Origin: Octopus sinensis
Taxonomy: Eukaryota
DNA: 64,000 nt
Direction: 5' to 3'
Assembly: GCF_006345805.1 (NCBI RefSeq)
Contig: NC_043005.1
Coordinates: 99,138,001-99,202,000 of the forward strand
Shown here piece by piece: positions 39,425 to 52,734 of this stretch (positions within the stretch are counted from its first letter, which is position 1; each line of letters starts with the position of its first letter). The notes beneath the pieces are model-generated. The model did no database searches. It was not told the origin of the DNA and worked only from the letters and a program-made list of their open reading frames with translations. A program made the position numbers and the translations under genes.

Positions 39425-39706
39425 TCTCGAGCCATGCCTGGCTCATAAGGGCCGGTTTCCTGGTTTCTTGGCGTATAGGTTCCCCACTTGGATGGGACGC
39501 CGGCCCATCACAAGTGAGCTGCAAGATGCAGGAGGAAAGAGTGAGAGAAAGTTGTGGCGGAAGAGTCAGCAGAAGTTTCGCCATTACCTTCTGCCGGAGC
39601 CGCATGGAGCTTAGGTGTTTCGCTCATAAACACACACATCGTCCGGTCTGAGATTTGAACCTTCGACCGCAAGTCCGCTGCTCTAACCACTAGGCCATGT
39701 GCCTCC
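39425..39706 (-). mobile_element. SINE family A (tail type 2)
   Basis: Head GGAGGCACATGGCCTAGTGG with B box GGTTCAAATC. Confidence 0.88.
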
Positions 39707-40639
39707 ACTTATAAATACTGTAGTATAGGAGGGGGTAATTAACAGCCATTGATTCAGTTCTTGGAGCTATAGATAGGAGTCATATTGATTCCTAAGTCAT
39801 CAGTTTTTGTTGATATAATATACAACAGTGTTTCTCTGATGAACTAATGTGTTACAAAACATTACCATTTTTATGTTTTGTTTGGTTGCAGGAAAGAACA
39901 AAGGCAATTCCCTTGACCTTTTCTTTGAAGGTAACTTTGTGGTGAAGATAGGAAGTTTTCCACAGACAAGGGACATGGCTTGAATGATTAAGTCCACCAC
40001 TCAAGAAAAGAACCAATCCTTCAGATAGGATCTACAGAGTTTCTGTTGACCAAATTTCAATCAAAAGGCTTTTGTGAATTTCTACAGACTTTCTCAGATT
40101 TGTTTGTGCCATTATATTTTTTCCTATTTCTGTTGGCATTTGGTGGAGCAGGATGTCGTTTATTAGCAGCATTGTCTTAATATATGCGATTGCTCACAGA
40201 TCTTATTCCTTTACTTCAAGCATACAAAATCTCCTATAGCTTGATATTTACACTGAAATTTTCTATCAGTGTTCTGACTAACCATGTGAATATACATTTA
40301 ATTTCATCTCCTTTCAACCATTATCAAATGCTAGCCTTACGGCCCGAGCTGGAGGTTTCACCTTTTCCCTTCCATACATTGTGCAAAAAAATGGATGCCA
40401 AAAATTTTATATCAATAACAGAAAAAATTTAAAGATATATTTATGAAAGATAATTCTAATATATTGTATGATGGCTTATATAAGAATTGGAAATTATGTA
40501 TATATATACATATATATATGTAATGGAGAGATATGAAAATATATAATTTTTTTTGTATGTGTGTATTGACTTTGATTATATGTATATGTATGTATCTATG
40601 TATGTAAACCCACGCTAGCATGGAAAAACAAATGTAAAT

Positions 40640-40713
40640 TGAACAAGAATATATATATATGTATATAAATATGTGTATATATGTGTGAATGCATATATAC
40701 ATATATATATGTA

Positions 40714-40760
<47 letters not shown>

Positions 40761-40835
40761 ATATCTATATATGTGTGTATGTATCTATGTATGTAAACCC
40801 ATGCTAGCATGGAAAAACAGATGTAAATAGAACAA

Positions 40836-40871
<36 letters not shown>

Positions 40872-40924
40872 GTGTGTATATATCTATATATATGTATATA
40901 TGTGTGAGTGCATACATACATACA

Positions 40925-40960
<36 letters not shown>

Positions 40961-41001
40961 TGTATGTATTTATGTATATATATATATGTGTGTGTATTAT
41001 A

Positions 41002-41032
<31 letters not shown>

Positions 41033-41158
41033 GTATGTATTCATGTATATATGTGTGTATTATTTATATATGTATATATGTATGTATGTATATATGTCTG
41101 TATGTATATATGTATGTATATATATATGTATGTATGTATGTATATATGTATGTATTTA

Positions 41159-41190
<32 letters not shown>

Positions 41191-41215
41191 CGTATATATG
41201 TATGTCTGTATGTAA
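40640..41215. repeat. Compound TA/TACA/TATG microsatellite
   Basis: Directly visible; the block gtaaaccca.gctagcatggaaaaaca occurs twice (about 40603 and 40793). Confidence 0.92.
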
Positions 41216-41918
41216 CTTACTTTTTAAAATTTTTTATGGTATTTCTGGGTAGGAGAAATGTTATGATTGCTATATTTTTGAACTTCTCCTATTTGACCTT
41301 CAAATCTTGATAATGGAACTGAGAAGAAATGACATTATTTAGATTTATTTCTATATAAATTTTAAATAAGCTGTTTCTCTTTCTCTCTTTTTTCCCTTCC
41401 TTTTCTTTTTAACCAAACTTCATTTGAATCTTTTCATAATCAGGAATAAAAAAAAAAGTTGAAAAGCTAACAGAAATATTCTTCGACTTGATTTCATTAT
41501 TAACATTATTATTATTATTATTATCATTATTATTATATTATTATTATTATTATTATCATTATTATTATTATTATTATTTAAATTTGGACAATAGTAACAA
41601 AATGTCATGTTAAATTCTAAGTTATAAATAGATAACACAATCTAATTGAAATTTATGAAAGAAAAAGAGAAAATTAATACAAAAAAGACAAATTAAAAAA
41701 AAAAATTCCTTAGGCCATTCAATTAACTCTTTTCATTTGAATCTACATTGATTTAGAAAAGGAGAGGAAAAAAAAACACCTATTGTTGTCTTTATTATTG
41801 TGGCACACTGTTGTCTAGAGGTAAAGTCTGCCTCACTGCTTCAGTTCTGGTCATAACAATTTCACATCACTCAAATTGGAAATATTCTTGGGAAGGAATA
41901 AATGTTACACAATCCCTG

Positions 41919-41950
<32 letters not shown>

Positions 41951-42404
41951 CTCTCTCTGTGTCTGTCTGCTTCACTCAAATCTGATATTTCACTCCCCTC
42001 TAAATGGTAAAAATAGTCAACTAGCAGACAGAGTACCCTGAAGTATTTACATCACCTTATGCTTAAGACTTGGTGAAATTCAAGGTGCCCACTACCTCAG
42101 ATTGTGCCATTCAGCTTCAGTTGGAGATCCTCACACATGTATTTCCCAGAGCCAATATGGATTGAATGGGTCTCATAATGACGAAGGGCATTTCATCACA
42201 CCGCCAACTCTATTAAGTATTTTGTAACAAGTCGAAAAAGTCTGCTTCCACCCTGTATCACCTAATAAAATGTTTACAATGAAGCTGAACTTCCAGATGT
42301 TGTGGATACAATTACTTTAAAGATAACCATTTTATTAGCTAAGACACTGATCTTGGCTCTTCTTTATTTGTTTTCCATTATATATTGTATAACAGTAAAA
42401 AACA

Positions 42405-42698
42405 TGGCCCTTTTCAAGCCTAGACAGGCTAATTGGGCCTAGTTTTCTGTGGAGTATGTGTTCACCCCAGCTGAACGGGATGCCAGTCCATCGCAGCGTT
42501 ACTCAATAAACTGGATGAGAGAATGAGAGAAAGTTGTGGCGAAAGAGTACAACAGGGGTGCCCCCCCCCCTGCCAGAACCTCGTGGAGCTTTTAGGTGTT
42601 TTCACTCAATAAACACACACAACGCCCGGTTTGGAAATCGAAACCACAATCCTTTAACTGCAATTCCACTGCCCTAACCACTGGCCCATTGTGCCTCC
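42405..42698 (-). mobile_element. SINE family A
   Basis: Homologous head and body. Confidence 0.8.
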
Positions 42699-42829
42699 AC
42701 TATATATTGTATAGGTCTAGAAAAAGGAGCCGTGTCCATGAGCTTTGTAGGTCTTCTGATTATGTCGCCACAGTTAAGTAAAATTGCTGTCTTCCACACC
42801 TACATGTCCTTTCAGGTACTGGTGCCACT

Positions 42830-43060
42830 TAGAAAGCACCCATGACTGTGTTGCATTAATGTATCCATGCTGGTGGCTTGTATAATGCATCCATCACACT
42901 CTGTAAAGTGGTTGGCATTAGGAAAAGCATTGAGCTGTAGGAACCATGCCACAACAGACAATTGGAGTCTGGACAGCTCCCAGCTGGCCAGTTCCATGTC
43001 AAACCATCCAACCCATGCTAGCATGGAAAGCAGACATTAAACAATGACGATGATAATGAT
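42830..43060 (+). mobile_element. Decayed RTE 3' tail
   Basis: CCAACCCATGCTAGCATGGAAAG and degenerate (GAT)n. Confidence 0.75.
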
Positions 43061-44111
43061 GAGTTGATATTCTGAATGAACAGTAGAAGGTTGACAGCTG
43101 CAGTGAAGACATGTGTTGGGAGGAGACTGGAGAAGGCCAACACTCTGGAGATGAATTACTAGAAGTGATGGTTAGTATGGGCCTGGGGTTATGTGCTGGC
43201 AGTGGTGGACACTGTGGGTAAGGTGAAGGAGAGAGAGATGAGAGAGTTGGGAAGGTGTAAATGAAGTCAGTGGTATGCATCTCTGAGATAAGGACTAAGA
43301 GAAAGTACAGTACGTGCGTTGCAGACATTGAAATGTGTTGGTGACTGATTTCATGGTGATCCTTTCTTTGATTCTGTTGTGTCTGGAGAGAGTCATTTTT
43401 TTTTGTGCCTTACAATTTAACACACTCATCGGTAAAATTTCCACTTATTTCTTATTTTGATTTTCCTAAAATTTTCGTTGTGTCTTGCAACCTTTTCAAT
43501 AGTCTTGACTCATATAAAGAATCTTGCAAACCAAATCCAAAAGCGAAATAAAATAGGCTTTCTTTGATTGATCTTTCTTTTGATGTCTGTGTAATGTAGG
43601 AGCAGTACTCCACTGGAGTTAGACAACAACATTTTGCATGGTAGTAACGTTGATTGATTGAGACAGTCAATACTTCTCACTTGCCACATCATAATGGTTG
43701 AAAGATTTGTTTTTACCTTTTCAAGCTTTAGTTGCAATTAAGAAATATCTAGAACCATAGTTGTTAGACAGCATATCACAATGTTTATATAGGTATGCTG
43801 TGGTTTTTTTTAAATACAATTTAGAAACCTCATATAATGGTTGAACATCTTGAAAAGTCTTGTTATTCATGATTTTCTTATACACAAATATAACTAATAA
43901 AATAAGTAAACAATAGGTTTTCTATAATTTTTCTTATTTTTTAACTTTAAAACATATTTTCTTTTAACTTTCTGGTTGAACAGTGTTTGTTTTACATCTG
44001 TTTTTCCATGCTAGCACAGGTTAGATGAACATATTGTTGAGGCATTGTTCTGTAGCCAGATACCTTTCCTGTCACTCACCCTTACGTTTCCAAACAAGGG
44101 ATTTCTTAATT

Positions 44112-44495
44112 TACTTGTCGTTGCTGTTGCTATTGCTGTTGAGCAAACGGTCTTCATCCCAGAGCTCGCAGTGGGAGAAGTCCGAAACGTGGTCCTTTGC
44201 TATTCGTAAAACCCACAGAAGAGAAAGCAGGTCACCCTCCGACACCAAGAGCATCGACAGATGGATGAATGCACATCCAGGCTTAGTGGTTGCGTAGGAA
44301 GTTGGGGACAAGAAACAGGAAGAAAGAGTGAGAGAAAGTTGGAGCAAAAGAGTACAACAGGAGTCGCCACCACCTCCTGCTGGAGCCTCATGGAACTTTA
44401 GGTGTTTTCGCTCAATAAACACACACAATGCCCGGTCTGGGAATCGAAACCACGATTGACCGACCGCGAGTCCACTGCCCTAACCATTGGGCCTC
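44112..44495 (-). mobile_element. SINE family A with a third tail type
   Basis: Same head and body, then a distinct ~190-bp tail ending in an AGCAAC-type repeat. Confidence 0.75.
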
Positions 44496-44759
44496 TGATG
44501 TCGTTGCAGTTGTGAAGTGAGTGGACAGTTTGTTGACAGGAGTAACAAAGAAAATGCCATTTATAGCATGCAACTTTTGTAGAATGTAAAGGTAAAGAAG
44601 TACATAGGTGAGCACATGCATACATGGACACAAATATACCTACACATACATATATTTCTCCGTCCACCAGACTACTAGACTTATACATTGCTGGTCACTA
44701 TCTACTTCTAGTCATTCTCTGCTTGTTCCCTTCTCTGCAAATTGGGTCTGAATTTCTTT

Positions 44760-46260
44760 TTTTTACAATGGTATCTTCCTAACATCTTGGAGGTCTTCTG
44801 AGTAATCTCATCCAATTTCTTGGATAGCATTCAACAACTGCATGAGTTTGTCTGTTATCTGCAAGCTTTGCGACATGTCCAGCTTAGTGGAACTTGTACT
44901 TTCAGTATTCTGCTATCACACTGTCCCCCCCACCCCACGCCATTCTCAAATTACCTCATTTCAGACATGCTTCCACTATGATATTTCTATGGCAGCAAGG
45001 TGGCAGAATCGTTAGCATGCCAGGCAAAATGCGTAGCTGTATTTCGTCTGCCGCTACGTTCCGAGTTCAAATTCCGCCGAGGTTGACTTTGCCTTTCATC
45101 CTTTCGGGGTCGATAAATTAAGTACCAGTTCCTCACTGGGGTCGATGTAATCGACTTAATCTGTTTGTCTGTCCTTGTTTGTCCCCTCTATGTTTAGCCC
45201 CTTGTGGGTAATAAAGAAACATATTTCTATGGCCAACAGTATCATAGCCAGTCATTGTTCTTCCTTCTTTGCAGTAGCCCATGTCTCACTTGAAAAGATT
45301 ATCATACAAGGTTTTACCCATTTTTGCTTTGTGAACATCTTTAATTGCAGCACAGGCCTTTTATTCTTTTCCTGCTCGGCATGAGATTTCAGTATTCATG
45401 TTTCAGTACAATTTCCAAGTCTGTTCCGAGTGGGTGCAAACCTTCATCTCCTCTAATTTCCTCACATCCCATACCATGTGGTCTTATGCAGCTACATTTT
45501 CAGTGCATTTATTTTGAGGCTTACTACTGTCTGCAAGCTAACCTGGAGTTCGTACAATAAGCCCAATGTTGTCTACAAATTGGAGTAATGTTACCAGCTT
45601 GCCACTGATGTTGATACCACCAACTCAATCACTGGTTTTGATGATCATTTCAAGCTATGTGGTGAAGAGATTTGGAGATATGATATCTCCTCACTTGTGA
45701 CTGGAACTCCAAAGGGCAGTGACAGTAAAGCTATATCAGTGGTACCTCATTGAGAAGGCCGATGTATTGTTCCTCAATTCCTTGTGTCTCCATTTTCAGG
45801 CAATGTGAAGAGGCAGCTGACACGCTTTCATATATTCTAGAAGCCAGATTAGTGTGAATATTTGGCATCTGCTGTGGTTCTTCTAAAAACCTGTGTGTTC
45901 CCTTGGTTCTTGAATGTCAAGATATTTCAACAGTCTGTGACTACGACCATTGAAAATAACTTGTAGAAGTGAGACAAGAAGTATTTAGGATAATACTTCC
46001 TCAGATCGTTTCTATCACTTGTCTTATAAAGTATGACCGTCGTTTACTCCTTCCACTATAAGGGTTTCGTTATCTCTTAAATATTGATTGGAACTTGGAA
46101 TGAGAATTCTCCAAGATACTTTTCCATTCTTTAGCATTTGTCCTTTTCCAACCTTTGTATTGAAATCTCCCATCACAACAATGTATGTAGATTTGTGAGT
46201 TAGGATTTATTCCAAGTGTTGATGGAATTCTTTTCTTCCTTACATGCAGGAACATAGATC
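44760..46260 (-). pseudogene. Ancient RTE-clade RT remnant, split by a SINE
   Basis: GDIISPNLFT, GINISGKLVTLLQFVDNI (decayed FADD motif), AGHVAKLADNR...PR...RRPP. Confidence 0.7.
44994..45220 (+). mobile_element. SINE family B
   Basis: 13-bp TSD ATATTTCTATGGC. Confidence 0.92.
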
Positions 46261-46384
46261 TGGATGATCTTAAGCATGGTATTTTCTGAAAGATAAATAT
46301 TTAGCACTCTGATGAATGATAAAGACAAACTGCAGGATGGGACTAGTAGCATTCTCTATGCCTGAAATTGTGAAACATATTTAG

Positions 46385-46614
46385 TCATTATTTACATTTG
46401 ACGGATATTTGTCCTCATCTTTGTTGTTAACACATTTCAGCTGATATACCCTCCAACCTTCATCGGGTGTCTTGGGGGGAAATTTCAAACCTGGGTTCTC
46501 ATTCCTAAGGTATTTTTCGATGTTATCATTATTATTATTCAGGTCATTGCTTGGAATCAAACTCGGAATCTTGGGGTTAGTAGCCTGCACTCTTAACCAC
46601 TACACCATATGCCC
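46385..46614 (-). mobile_element. tRNA-headed SINE (family E) with a hammerhead-like tail
   Basis: A box TGGTGTAGTGG, B-box-like GAGTTTGATTCC; tail GACAC-CCGATGA-A-GGTTG-N10-CAGCT-GAAAT-GTGTT. Confidence 0.75.
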
Positions 46615-46979
46615 ATGGGCATATAATCAGTCATATTCTTTTATTTAAACAGAAGAATATTATTACCCATCTATTGTATCACTGGTCAGTACCTAAGCTT
46701 GGTCATATCTTTGATATTTTAACACTATAATATAACTTAGATAATATTGGATATATAACTACAAATCTTACATTGCTTAATGACATTGTACTTCTCTGAC
46801 ATTGCACAATATTAGTAATTCTCTATTGCTCTGATATTATTCAATATGACAGATCACATTATTATTCTATTCTGTTGTTTCACAGAATTGAGGCTGTGCC
46901 TGGTTTTAATTATGATTTTTATTGAACCACAACTCAAGAAGCATTTTGCATTTTCTATATAAAACTTTGCTCTTCATAT

Positions 46980-48560
46980 CTGTCCTTACGGCTCAGATAA
47001 TCCCTGCTGAATCTAATATTAATGTTTTCTGCACTGCCTCGATTTCCAGATCAAGGTTTAGTGAATTTGTTGTCAGATATTTATACCTGCAGTAACATAG
47101 TCTTGTTGACTTTTGATAATTGCATATTTTAAATTCATACAATATTCTACTTTTTCCTTTTTCTTTTATTCCTGTGACAAATGAACTCACCCCATTGATT
47201 TTGATTACTACATATGGTTTCTTCTTGTATTCTATTATTAGTTTGAATTATATCGGAAAGTTCCTCAAAAACCTCACTTCATCATTTTCAAGAGTTTATG
47301 TTTCTATCTCCCCAAAATGGTAAAAATTTAGATGAATTATTGCATTAACCATATTATGCCTTCTTAACTTTTTGTATTCATTGAGCCAACTGGACATTAC
47401 GATACAATGTTAGCTATGGTGAGCAGTCTTGCTGCTCTATTATCCTCTTGATCCAATTTACTCCAAGTCTTGTTCTTATGCTGCCAACATTATTCCATTT
47501 CAAGTTGCTTTCTTTAATACTCCTTTCGTTAGCCATAACCATTTAACAGCATGAAGTTTCTTTCCATCAGAGTTTTTCTGTTTTTCTTCTTTTTCTACTT
47601 GTGGGTTCTTTGCATTCTGTAAATAGTCTTTCACTTTTTACTTTCTTAAGGAGTTTATCTTCTGGATATGAGCAAACCCCATAGAGTTCTGCAACTGTCA
47701 TTCACCATCACAGACTCTGACTCATGTCCATGCCACTTTTCATTTTTTATCAATTTGAAAACTACAAACTTCACTACAATCCCAATGCACTCTTTTACTA
47801 ACACAGTTGTACCTGCACTTGTACAATTTTGGTGCCAGTTTACTGCATTCCCTTAAGAAATAATGAATACTTCCACTCTTTTTTCCACAGATTCTAACTA
47901 AATTTTATCGATCTTTGTTTTCATCAAGTTTTTCCCATTTCAGGTTTCCATTTGTCATCCACAGCCAGTTTTCTTCCCTTCCAACATCCTCAATTTGTTG
48001 TGACCATAAGGTTCTTTGTCTTTCCAGTTATTTGTGTTGTCATTCTTCTCTCTGTTCTTGAATTCTTTCAATGTTTCAGTGACATTTTTGATATTTATAG
48101 CTACAAATAATTGTTTCTTTTTTCACAATGAGCAACATAGTTTTTCAGAACCCAAACTGTAGCAACGATGGTTGTTTTCTGCATTTAGGAAACCTCTATT
48201 TTCTTTTCTTTTTGCTGAACAGAGCCCAGAGCCAATCAATTTTAATTTTAAACTGGTCTGCATGATGCATTTTGAGCAGTTTCCTAGTTCTTTTATTTAA
48301 TTCCTGCAATTTTGTTTTTGTCTACCTTAAGAGCAGAATATCTTAACACTAGCATGGCTCACATACTGATTGCATTGATGATATTACTTCCAGTTAATTT
48401 TGTTCCAAGTAACATCCTAATCCTCCTTTTGTAGTCTTTGATGACTTTCTTTTTCCTTTCTCTTTTCATCCTGCAACAACTCTAGTGTCTTGTATCTTCA
48501 TTCTCTTTCAGTGATTTATTAATATCATCTTGTAGTACCTTTCACTATCAATTCAATCTT
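46980..48560 (-). pseudogene. R4/Dong-like (RLE) non-LTR retrotransposon remnant
   Basis: KDYKRRIRMLLGTKLTGSNIINAIS, ELNKRTRKLLKMH, EYKKLRRHNMVNAIIH, IEAVQKTLILDSAGII. Confidence 0.75.
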
Positions 48561-49364
48561 TTGGCTTTCCTTCATAGTTAAAACTGCTCACTTATTTATA
48601 AGTCCAACTCCATACCATCATCAGGTTCCAGTTGTCTGTTTTGGCATGATTTCTATGGCTGGATGCCTTTCCTAATGCCAACTGTTCTAAAGAGTCTTAC
48701 CTAAAAATTGCAAGTCTTCTGCCTAAATCAGAGATGTTAATATTACAACTGTTATTGCATGTAGGACCAATCTGGCTATTAGTGAAGTCCATTCGGAGGA
48801 CTGCCACACCACCTATGTTTGACAAGGCAGGCTTGGTAGTGTTATCCTGACTAGAAGCTATGAGGAAAGAGGGTGCATTAAGAATGAGGCTGAAAGTAGA
48901 GAGGACAGATACCTTTCTCTTTGGTTAAGTCCTCACTAAGTTCTACAAGTTCCACTTGAAAAGAAAAGTGATGGTGAAGACAGGGGTGCTGTCCCCCAGC
49001 AAATTTGTCAAAACCTGGGTGACTGTAGTAAAAAGGGTTATGGTGATTGAAACTACTCTAAGCATGCACATGTAGAGAGCAATATTTGGGCAAGTATTTA
49101 TGCTCTTGATAATCAAGATGATCCTGGATCTGAGGGTTCTTTGACTCTAGCTGAAGATTCTTCAGTGTCAGCAGAACTGCATCATCCATAGATTCACATA
49201 TTTTGTGATTCGATACTTTTTATGTCATTCCCCCTCACTTTCTTTCTCCATTTTTATATTTAAACCCCAACACAAATTATAAACAGTCCTTGTGATGCTC
49301 ATCTCATCTGATTCTCCTTTGGCAAATAAAAGAAATCATTATCATTATTCTTACCTTTATTATC

Positions 49365-49399
<35 letters not shown>

Positions 49400-49589
49400 G
49401 TATATATATATATGTGTATATATCATCATCATCATCATCATCGTTTAACGTCTGCTTTCCGCGCTAGCACGGGTTGGACGGTTCGTCCGGCGTCTGGGGA
49501 GCCAGGGGCTGCTCCAGGCTCCAGTCTGATCTGGCAGTGTTTCTACAGCTGGATGCCCTTCGTAACGCCAACCACTCCGCGAGTGTAGT

Positions 49590-49947
49590 GGGTACTTTTT
49601 ACGTGCCACCGGCACAGGTGCCAGAGGGGTATGGCATCGGCCACAATCGGTTGGTGCTTTTTATGTGCCACCGGCACAGAAGCCAGTCAAGGCGGTGCTG
49701 GCATCGGCCATGTTCGGATGGTGCTTTTTATGTGCCACCGGCACAGAAGCCAGTCGAGGAGGGGCTGGCATCGGCCACGTTCAGATGGTGCTTTTTATGT
49801 GCCACCGGCACAGAAGCCATTCGGGCGGGGTTGGCATCGGTCACGTTCGGGTGGTGCTTTTTATGTGCCACCGGCAAAGAAGCCAGTCGAGGCGGCACTG
49901 GCAACGGCCACGCTCGGATGGTGCTTTTTATGTGCCACCGGCACAGG
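49590..49947 (-). repeat. 67-bp tandem array in the RTE 3' UTR
   Basis: GTGCTTTTTATGTGCCACCGGCA unit starts at 49654, 49721, 49788, 49854 and 49921. Confidence 0.93.
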
Positions 49948-50069
49948 TATCACAACTACTGTTTTCATTGATATTTGGTTCGATGTTCATGTACATGCAC
50001 TTGACTCAACAGGTCTCCTCAAGCACAGCGAGATGTTCCGGGATCCAAGGTACTTTGAATGGACAGGGG

Positions 50070-51413
50070 CTATGCGGAACTGGTGCCGGAAGCATCCTGG
50101 GTCTTAGTAGTCACAGCACATCTCCAGAGATCTCGGTCCTTTGCCATTGCCTCAGTGAGGCCCAACGCTCTGAGGTCATGCTTGACTACCTCATCCCATG
50201 TCTTCCTGGGTCTACCTCTCCCCCTGATACCTTCAACTGTTTGGGAGCGGCACTTGTTCACACATCTCACCTCATCCATCCGCAGTACATGACCATACCA
50301 TCGCAAGCGTCGCTCTTGCACACCGCATCTGATGCTTCTTATGCCTAGCATTTCTCTCAGGGTGCTTACACTCTGTCGTGCATTCACACTGACATTACAC
50401 ATCCAGCGAATCATGCTAGCTTCATTTCTTTCAAGTTTACACATGTCCACTGCAGTCACGGCCCATGTTTCACTGCTGTGAAGCATGGCAGTTCGCACAC
50501 ATGCATCATACAATCTACCTTTCACTCTGAGTGAGAGACCCTTTGTCGCCAGTAGGGGTAGGAGCTTTCTAAACTTTGCCCAGGCTATTCGTATTCTAGT
50601 GGTGACACTCTCTGAGCATCCACCCCCACTACTAACTTGGTCACCCAGGTAGCGGAAACTATCAACTACTTCTAGTTTCTCCCCCTGGAGTGTGATGGAA
50701 TCTGTTTTCTGAGTATTTGTGGTGTCTATTGTCCCTGTGCATCTGCCGCACATGAAAGCTATCTTATCAGTTAAGTTCCCTTTGATGTTGCTGCACCTCT
50801 TATGCGTCCATAGCTTACACTGGGTGCATCTTATGGAGTTTCTACCTACACCTTTCCTACAGCTCGAGCAGGGCCACCTGCCCGATGGGGTGTGTGCTGA
50901 GTTTGCCTTTCTGCATACTATAACTTTGGTCTTCGCTACATTTACTCTAAGGCCCTTTGATTCTAACCCTTGTTTCCACACCCGAAATTCCTTTTTTAGT
51001 TCCGGTAGTGATTCTGCTATGAGGGCCAGGTCATCAGCATAGAGGAGCTCCCAGGGGCAACCTGTTTTGAATTCCTCTGCTATTGCCTGGAGGACTATGA
51101 TGAATAAAAGGGGACTGAGGGCTGAGCCCTGGTGTACTTCTACCCGGAATTCTTCACCATATTCGTTGCCAATCCTAACCTTGCTGACAGCCTCTCTGTA
51201 TAGAGCCTGTGCAGCCCTTATTAGCCATTCGTCAATCAACAGTTTCCGCATCGACCACCAGATAAGGGATCGGGGAACCCTGTCAAAGGCTTTCTCCAAG
51301 TCCACAAAAGCTATGTAGAGGGGTTTATCTTTAGCTAGGTACTTCTCCTGCAGTTGTCGGACCAGGAATATAGCATCAGTGGTGCTTCTACCCAACACAA
51401 AACCGAACTGCAT
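50070..51413 (-). pseudogene. RTE reverse transcriptase, largest open segment (447 aa)
   Basis: FVDLEKAFDRV, HQGSALSPLLF, YADD, YLG, RWYGHV; inserted CxxC...CxxC Zn-finger-like segment; disrupted upstream. Confidence 0.95.
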
Positions 51414-52179
51414 CTTAATCTAAGCAAATTCTCACCCTAATGAGATGGGTTATGACCCTCTCTGTGGCCTTCATCACCTGATCCAACAGTTTAATACCCC
51501 TGTAGTTATTTCTATCTAGAGCATCACCCTTACCCTTGTAGCAGTTGACTATGGTGCTGCTACGCCAGTCATTGGGTATGACTCCATTATGAACTACCTG
51601 GTTAACAATACGGGTGACTAGGCCATAGCCCGCATAACCAGCTGTTTTAAGCATCTCAGCAGTGATACCTGATGGGCCAGGGGCTTAACCTGGTTTCATA
51701 CCCTTAATTGCCTTAACTACAAGGGAGCTGTCTATTTGGATAGCTGGTCCCTCTACTGGGTCAACATTTGGCAGGCTCTCCTCCTCCCATTCATTCTCCA
51801 CATTCAGCAGTCTTTCATAATGGCTTCTCCAAGCCTCTTTCTTTTCACCAACATTAAAAGCAAGTGCCCCCATCATCCATGCGGACACATTTCTCTCCTG
51901 TAACATCACTATTTTCTCTCACACACTGTCTAGCAATCCCAAATACCTCAGTTCTTTGGTCCTCACGTCGCTGGACATTGGCAAACTTCTTCTTTTCTGC
52001 TACATCTTTGGCTATGTATACCTGCCGCCCGGCCTCCCTTTTGGCTACTTGGTACGGTTCCCTGCTACCCCCATCCCTCCAGGCCTGTTTCTTTGAACTA
52101 ATGGCTTTGTCTACTGCACTATTCCACCACCACGTAACTCTAGGTCTGGAAGGAACTTTGCACCATTCACAGACTTATA

Positions 52180-52222
<43 letters not shown>

Positions 52223-52344
52223 ATATATATATATATATATTATATATATATATATATGTGTGTGTATATATATATATATGTGTATATATGTGTATATATA
52301 TATATGTGTATATATATATATATTATATATATATATATATATAT

Positions 52345-52708
52345 TAAGAAACACCATCCAATCGTGGCCGTTCGTCAGCCTCGTCTGGCACCTGTGTCGG
52401 TGGCACATAAAAACACCATCTGAGCGTGGCCGTTTGCCAGCCTCGTCTGGCACCTGTGTCGGTGGCACATAAAAACACCATCCGAGCGTGGCCGTTCGCC
52501 AGCCTCGTCTGGCACCTGTGTCGGTGGCACATAAAATCACCCACTACACTCTTGGAGTGGTTGGTGTTAGGAAGGGCATCCAGCTGTAGAAACACTGCCA
52601 GATCTGACTGGCCTGGTGCAGCCTTCGGGCTCCCCAGACCCCAGTTGAACCGTCCAACCCATGCTAGCATGGAAAGCGGACGTTAAATGATGATGATGAT
52701 GATGATGA
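52345..52708 (+). mobile_element. RTE 3' UTR fragment with three 62-bp units
   Basis: ACCATC at 52353, 52415 and 52477; standard tail. Confidence 0.92.
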
Positions 52709-52734
52709 TATATGTATATATATAGATACGTATT

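Larger units (their letters stand above)
49423..52172 (-). mobile_element. 5'-truncated RTE LINE (no APE domain), between TA microsatellites
   Basis: Frameshifted ORF pieces 51685-51909, 51415-51654 and 50070-51413; 3' UTR with a 67-bp repeat array; (GAT)n tail. Confidence 0.95.

Noticed and set aside
46540-46614. tRNA genes (also at the heads of SINE families A-D)
   Set aside because: The heads keep A/B boxes but run straight into SINE bodies and lack a complete acceptor stem; they are SINE heads, not tRNAs.
48760-49200. Protein-like stretch suggesting another decayed retroelement
   Set aside because: I could not match any frame to a known motif; it needs a translated HMM search.
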